Source of the DNA: Bdellovibrionota bacterium
GTDB lineage: Bacteria > Bdellovibrionota_C > UBA2361 > CALJRW01
Direction of reading: 5' to 3'
DNA: 64,000 nt
Assembly: GCA_041740355.1 (NCBI GenBank)
Contig: JBGSMD010000009.1
Location: 32,001-96,000 of the forward strand
In this document: positions 60,601-64,000 of the stretch, piece by piece
Layout: every line of letters begins with the position of its first letter
How positions within the stretch are numbered: position 1 is the first letter of the stretch
Made by a program: the position numbers and the translations under genes
Notes under the pieces: generated by a model
What the model saw: the letters and a program-made list of their open reading frames with translations, nothing else
Told to the model about the DNA's origin: nothing
Database searches by the model: none

Positions 60601-60836
60601 TCATCAAGTAAAATTAATCCATCACCGCAATATGAACAGGTCAGACATTCACAGTTTTTACAGCCACAAACATTAGGATCAGAAATGACTGCCGCAACAG
60701 AATTTGGATAGGCACTGCAATCTAGGTTTGAGATAACAGAATCTTGTGCGACTGTAAATGTTGGAATACTTGCTAGTATGAACAGGCTACAAAGTAACCT
60801 CACACAAAGAATAGAGAAAATTTTCGAGTTGGACAT
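57609..60836 (-). CDS. Secreted Cys-rich repeat protein (Myxococcus-type CGDG repeats) with a C-terminal Hint domain
   Basis: Signal peptide; 18 CGD..E.C[DE] repeats; G|CFPPGTKV..V.VGD, S.KH, V.PGD.V, VINF, NH.L.SEGI.TGDL. Confidence 0.88.
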   Translation of the reverse strand: MSNSKIFSILCVRLLCSLFILASIPTFTVAQDSVISNLDCSAYPNSVAAVISDPNVCGCKNCECLTCSYCGDGLILLDEECDDGNKILTDNCRADCRLPYCGDGVWTQEIDLPKGETCDYNDPQTKTGCREDCTKCGDNDVNNPLEECDGTDTPAGKTCRNNCKVVVCGDGFLDETNNENCDYGIKVGQASYVPNCRANGFKCTYCGDGEIQAGVEECDLTDLGGVTHPNAKCSNECQIDPYCGDGQLADNEICEGTNFGNYANPNNIPLANLICTGSCNVHVRPYCGDGEAKRAFCVDNFEEDWGYCTDTEECDGEDFSVYFELNPDKADIPQDALTCRDDCTVIVEDYCGDGVVTAGEICDGNDFSGYANPNNIPLNNLTCSASCEVTVKPYCGDGIVNGVSKDDLTCQAIGCPVYEECDGNDFSDDINYPLNVDRTKVTCNDYCRVEFPPYCGDDIRNEGELCDGDDFNLDPGVQSSLANQVCNEECRINPYCGDGILNLELGEKCDLGENNGAPGSRCSLTCEDEPYCGDGIRSEGELCDGDDFDLAEGLQVSTTDQLCNSICEVNLYCGDGIFSPELGELCDLGVKNGTLGSRCSLNCEMTPYCGDGIVNGIPKDQPTCQAIGCPVYEECDGSDFADDLNFPLNVDPTKVTCNEFCRVEFPPYCGDGFRNEGELCDGDDFYLDQGVQISLTNQVCNNECTINPYCGDGILSPELGEKCDLGASNGTPNSRCSVTCEEVPYCGDGIRDENELCDGTDFDLIPGSQASPTKQICNTECEITKYCGDGIVSSELGEKCDLGVNNGVAGSGCSSTCDVVNVCDNVPVPTQVDRGRYRYNDYCDPKKIVCVKGDGVDSAFNFTNYKGIADLFYNNTNLNQGVTRVDVNGNVIVTDANGGQTDYTGTKLSADPNACWTCACNRGSDGCFPPGTKVTLANNQEVLVENVKVGDYLLGAPGQKLEVLKVVEGPETEALVQLTYGVEKIKISQKHVVLTKAGLKRAIEVKPGDEVKKADGTWIAVSSQELLPVVVGQNVINFTLSEISVSEVDNHLLVSEGIYTGDLVLQTEFDQIKSD

Positions 60837-61130
60837 GAATTGAACCTTAATATCTATGAAACCTATGAGTTAAGATTCAGATCCAGACAAATTCGATTCT
60901 TGCTTCTAAATTGATTAAAGGAATTATTTTAAGTTATCATCATTCTAGAAACAAATAGTAATTTCAAGTAGTTACATTTAGAATAAAAGCTCTTAGCTTT
61001 AAGCAGGCTTCTTAAAACATGTAACCAACTCACTGCGCAGAACATTTATCTATAAGTTCATATTGCAATGATAATAGATGGTTACTGAAATTCTCTGGAA
61101 ACAAATTCCGTTTAGTTTTCTTAGCTTTAT

Positions 61131-61820
61131 TTACTCCGTCGCTATTTCTTCTTCTATTACTTCTGGATCCAGCGTAATAACAGGTTCAACTTGAACAGCT
61201 ACTGGCTGATTAATAATTTCCATTGCAGTTAAATCGCCAGTGACAATCCCATTTGATAACAACATGTGATTTTCAAGCTGGTCATCCCCTTCTAGCCTAA
61301 TATTAAAAACTTTCTGCTTAGCTTTCACTGGTAAATACTGTACTTTTGATACTTCAGCTTTCGTTCCATTAAGATTAGCCAAGTGACCTCGTTTAACATC
61401 TCTAGCAGGAATAGTTCCTTCGTCAGTTTTAACTGGATGGGTCTCCGTAACTTTGACTGTTTTATTACCAACAGTAATTACAACAATCGGTTCAGATTCA
61501 AAAGACTCCAGAACATTAACTACTTTAGCTATTTTTCCACTGACAGGATTTATCACTTGATCTCCAACTTGGATATCTTTAATTGCTTTCTCCAGTCCAT
61601 CTCCCATCAGGATTTTGGTATCTGGCACAAAACAACTTGGCAATGCTTGTGGTGAGCCTTGTTGCGAGCTTGCCGAACCCTGTGGTGAGCCCTGTGGTGA
61701 GCTTGTCGAACCCACTGTCGAACCACCACTGCCTTCCGCAACCAACAAAATTGGAATACTAATTAATAACAAAGTATAAATTAGGCTTTTAGATAAATTG
61801 GCAATTTGAGATAGAAACAT
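61131..61820 (-). CDS. Small secreted Hint-domain protein
   Basis: Signal peptide, a ~34-aa G/S/Q/P linker, then S|CFVPDT.I.M.DG..I.VGD.V, VTETHP, VFNI, NH.L.SNGI.TGDL, and an acidic tail. Confidence 0.88.
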   Translation of the reverse strand: MFLSQIANLSKSLIYTLLLISIPILLVAEGSGGSTVGSTSSPQGSPQGSASSQQGSPQALPSCFVPDTKILMGDGLEKAIKDIQVGDQVINPVSGKIAKVVNVLESFESEPIVVITVGNKTVKVTETHPVKTDEGTIPARDVKRGHLANLNGTKAEVSKVQYLPVKAKQKVFNIRLEGDDQLENHMLLSNGIVTGDLTAMEIINQPVAVQVEPVITLDPEVIEEEIATE

Positions 61821-62065
61821 GAATTAAACCTTTAGGGCATAGATAAAAAAGTTATTAGAATTCAATCAGAACGTATTCGATTCTTGCTCCTAAAAACAAG
61901 AAATTTAGTAACTTGATTATCATGCTAGCGAATGTCAGCTTAATTACCAATAGTAAAATTTAAGCTGACTGAACGAGAACTGCTTATAACCTATTCTTTT
62001 AATCCGAAGCATAAAAAAAGTCAGAGGTTCTAAGCATCTCCGATAACTAGAAATTGTAGGTACAA

Positions 62066-62494
62066 TTAAAACAATTTACCTATTAAATCCTTTGCTTTAC
62101 CAAGAAAACTGCCCTCTCCCTTAAAGATATTTAAAATCGAGCTAAGCTTACCGCCAAAAAGTCCACTTACAAAATCTATTCCGTAATCTAGAAAACTAGG
62201 TTTTTCCACTACACTCTGATTATTTCCACCTAAAGAGTTACCATTATTAGCAGCAAGCGAATTAGTGTTGTTAACGCCACCAAAACCAATTTGTTGAAAA
62301 ATATTATTGACTGTCTGCAAGATAATATTAGTTAGTCCATTTAGTAAATTATCAATAAATGGATGCTGACACTGCGTTGAAGCAGTGGAATTTAAACTGG
62401 TACTATAATTAGTCTGTAATGGTGCTTGATTAATCATAGAAGTTTCCAATTGATAAGGAATGGCGGAGGTATTAATTGGTTTAATATCTAACAT
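62066..62494 (-). CDS. Hypothetical N/Q-rich protein with amphipathic helices
   Basis: 142-aa ORF. C-terminus FLDYGIDFVSGLFGG..SILNIF..SFLGKAKDLIGKLF. Confidence 0.6.
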   Translation of the reverse strand: MLDIKPINTSAIPYQLETSMINQAPLQTNYSTSLNSTASTQCQHPFIDNLLNGLTNIILQTVNNIFQQIGFGGVNNTNSLAANNGNSLGGNNQSVVEKPSFLDYGIDFVSGLFGGKLSSILNIFKGEGSFLGKAKDLIGKLF

Positions 62495-62812
62495 TTGGTG
62501 TCCCTTTTTAAAAAATTAAAGTCACCTATACCAAAAACAAACTTCAAAAAGTAAATTTTTCCGGGATTTCTGGATGATACATATTGAATTACTTCAACAT
62601 ATCAATAATTTTTTTTACATTGGAAAGGATTTACCCGTATCGAAGTAAAGAAATCTGGCAAGGATCCATTTGGTGTATTAATAACTTTTGGTTACTAACT
62701 ACACCGGAATAAATCCTTATCGAAATTTTGATTAAGATGTTGCTTAATAAAACTCTGGATATAATTTCTTTTAAGAATTTGAAAAAGCTTTGATTGTCAG
62801 GTGACTTCTAGA

Positions 62813-63853
62813 TTAGATTAACATTTCTCTTTCTGCAGCATTTTTACGATATTCCTGATAATGCTGAGAATTTTGAAGGAATAATCCCGCGCCAGCTACG
62901 ACAGCAGAAATTGGATCAGGAGCTCGATGGACCTTAATTCCCAGCTCTTCAGATAAACGTTTCTCAAGTCCACGAAGTAGACTTCCTCCGCCGGAAAGAT
63001 TTAATCCAGTGGAGATAATATCCCCAGCAAGTTCTGGCGGGGTTATTTCTAAGGTTTGGCGAATTGCTGAGATAATACTGGAAACAACTTCTGACATAGA
63101 CTCTCGCATTTCCTTGCTAGTCACTGTGATACAGTGTGGCGCACCACTTGTTAAACTGCGCCCTTTAACTTTCATCTCTAAAGTATCGAAGTCAGAATGT
63201 GCCGAGCCAATAGTTAGTTTAATCTTCTCCGCTGTTAATTCGCCAATCAAAAGATGACGAACTCGCCGCAGATAGTTAATTATTGCTTCATCAATGGTAT
63301 CTCCCCCTTGGCGAACAGAAAGGGCTTGCACAACATCACCTAAACTAATAACTGCGATATCCGTAGTTCCACCTCCGATATCTACAATCATATTAGCTGT
63401 GGCTTCGTCGACTGGTAAGTTTGAACCGATTGCTGCGGCCATCGCTTCGTCAACTAATTGAACTTCTCTGGTTTTGTTTTCAATGGAAAGTCGAATCGCT
63501 CTTTTTTCTACTTCAGTAATTCCACAAGGAATACCTACAATCACACGAGGTTTAAAGATTGTAATATTATTATCGGTAACTTTATCTAAGTAATGAGCTA
63601 ACATCATACCTGCAACTTCAAAGTCAGCGATAACACCTGTACGAACTGGGCGAACAACATCAACTCCTGGAGGTGTTTTTCCTAACATTGCTTTAGCTTC
63701 CGCGCCGAAAGCGATAGGTACTTTTTTATTCCCAACTTTCTTAACAGCAACAACACTAGGCTCATTTAAGATAATTCCCGCGTCTTTGGCATAGATTAAA
63801 GTGTTAGCAGTACCTAAATCAATGGCTAAATCTCTAGCAACAAAACTGAACAT
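62813..63853 (-). CDS. mreB: MreB/Mbl actin-like rod-shape protein
   Basis: AIDLGTANT, NEPSVVA, GVIADF, IVDIGGGTT, AE.IK..IG, TLE.TPPEL..DI, GGG.LL.GL. Confidence 0.93.
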   Translation of the reverse strand: MFSFVARDLAIDLGTANTLIYAKDAGIILNEPSVVAVKKVGNKKVPIAFGAEAKAMLGKTPPGVDVVRPVRTGVIADFEVAGMMLAHYLDKVTDNNITIFKPRVIVGIPCGITEVEKRAIRLSIENKTREVQLVDEAMAAAIGSNLPVDEATANMIVDIGGGTTDIAVISLGDVVQALSVRQGGDTIDEAIINYLRRVRHLLIGELTAEKIKLTIGSAHSDFDTLEMKVKGRSLTSGAPHCITVTSKEMRESMSEVVSSIISAIRQTLEITPPELAGDIISTGLNLSGGGSLLRGLEKRLSEELGIKVHRAPDPISAVVAGAGLFLQNSQHYQEYRKNAAEREMLI

Positions 63854-64000
63854 GAAATAATCTATTTTAAAAAATGGAAAAATACAGGATACTTAAACTC
63901 TCTGCTCGTCTTTTTAGAAAAAATGTCGAGTAAGGAGGGTGAGCAAAGTAATGGCTAAGCAATTTTTTGCCGCAGAAAACAAATACTCAAAACCAAAAAG

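Noticed and set aside
60891-60910. Sigma54 promoter reading of CGATTCTTGC
   Set aside because: The -24 GG is missing and the motif would point away from the genes.
57609-61820. True self-splicing inteins
   Set aside because: The Hint domains lack the terminal His-Asn plus Cys/Ser/Thr, and they are not inserted in a conserved host protein.

Overview
AT-rich bacterial chromosome segment. The gene content (lipoproteins, type IV pilin, DksA, Myxococcus-type Cys-rich repeats) suggests a Gram-negative, delta-proteobacteria/Bdellovibrionota-like lineage; this is inference only. Housekeeping genes (manA, nadA/nadB, menB/menE, double-length uvrA, dksA, mvaD/phosphomevalonate kinase, dnaB, cysK, ychF, mreB, rnpB, two tRNAs) are mixed with many secreted orphan genes and several families of small palindromic repeats. 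Main points: (1) an unannotated 46-aa lasso-peptide-type precursor (19336-19476) lies between an RRE/PqqD gene and a PRMT-fold methyltransferase, with no cyclase or protease in the window; (2) two tandem secreted Hint-domain proteins share an identically spaced upstream motif and are followed by a secreted Cys-containing gene; (3) a palindromic repeat element sits inside the RNase P RNA, with a second copy next to a tRNA; (4) an uncharacterised ~250-aa domain occurs both stand-alone and at the C-terminus of a 1222-aa surface protein; (5) the mevalonate genes are bracketed by direct repeats. All calls were made by eye; no database searches were run.
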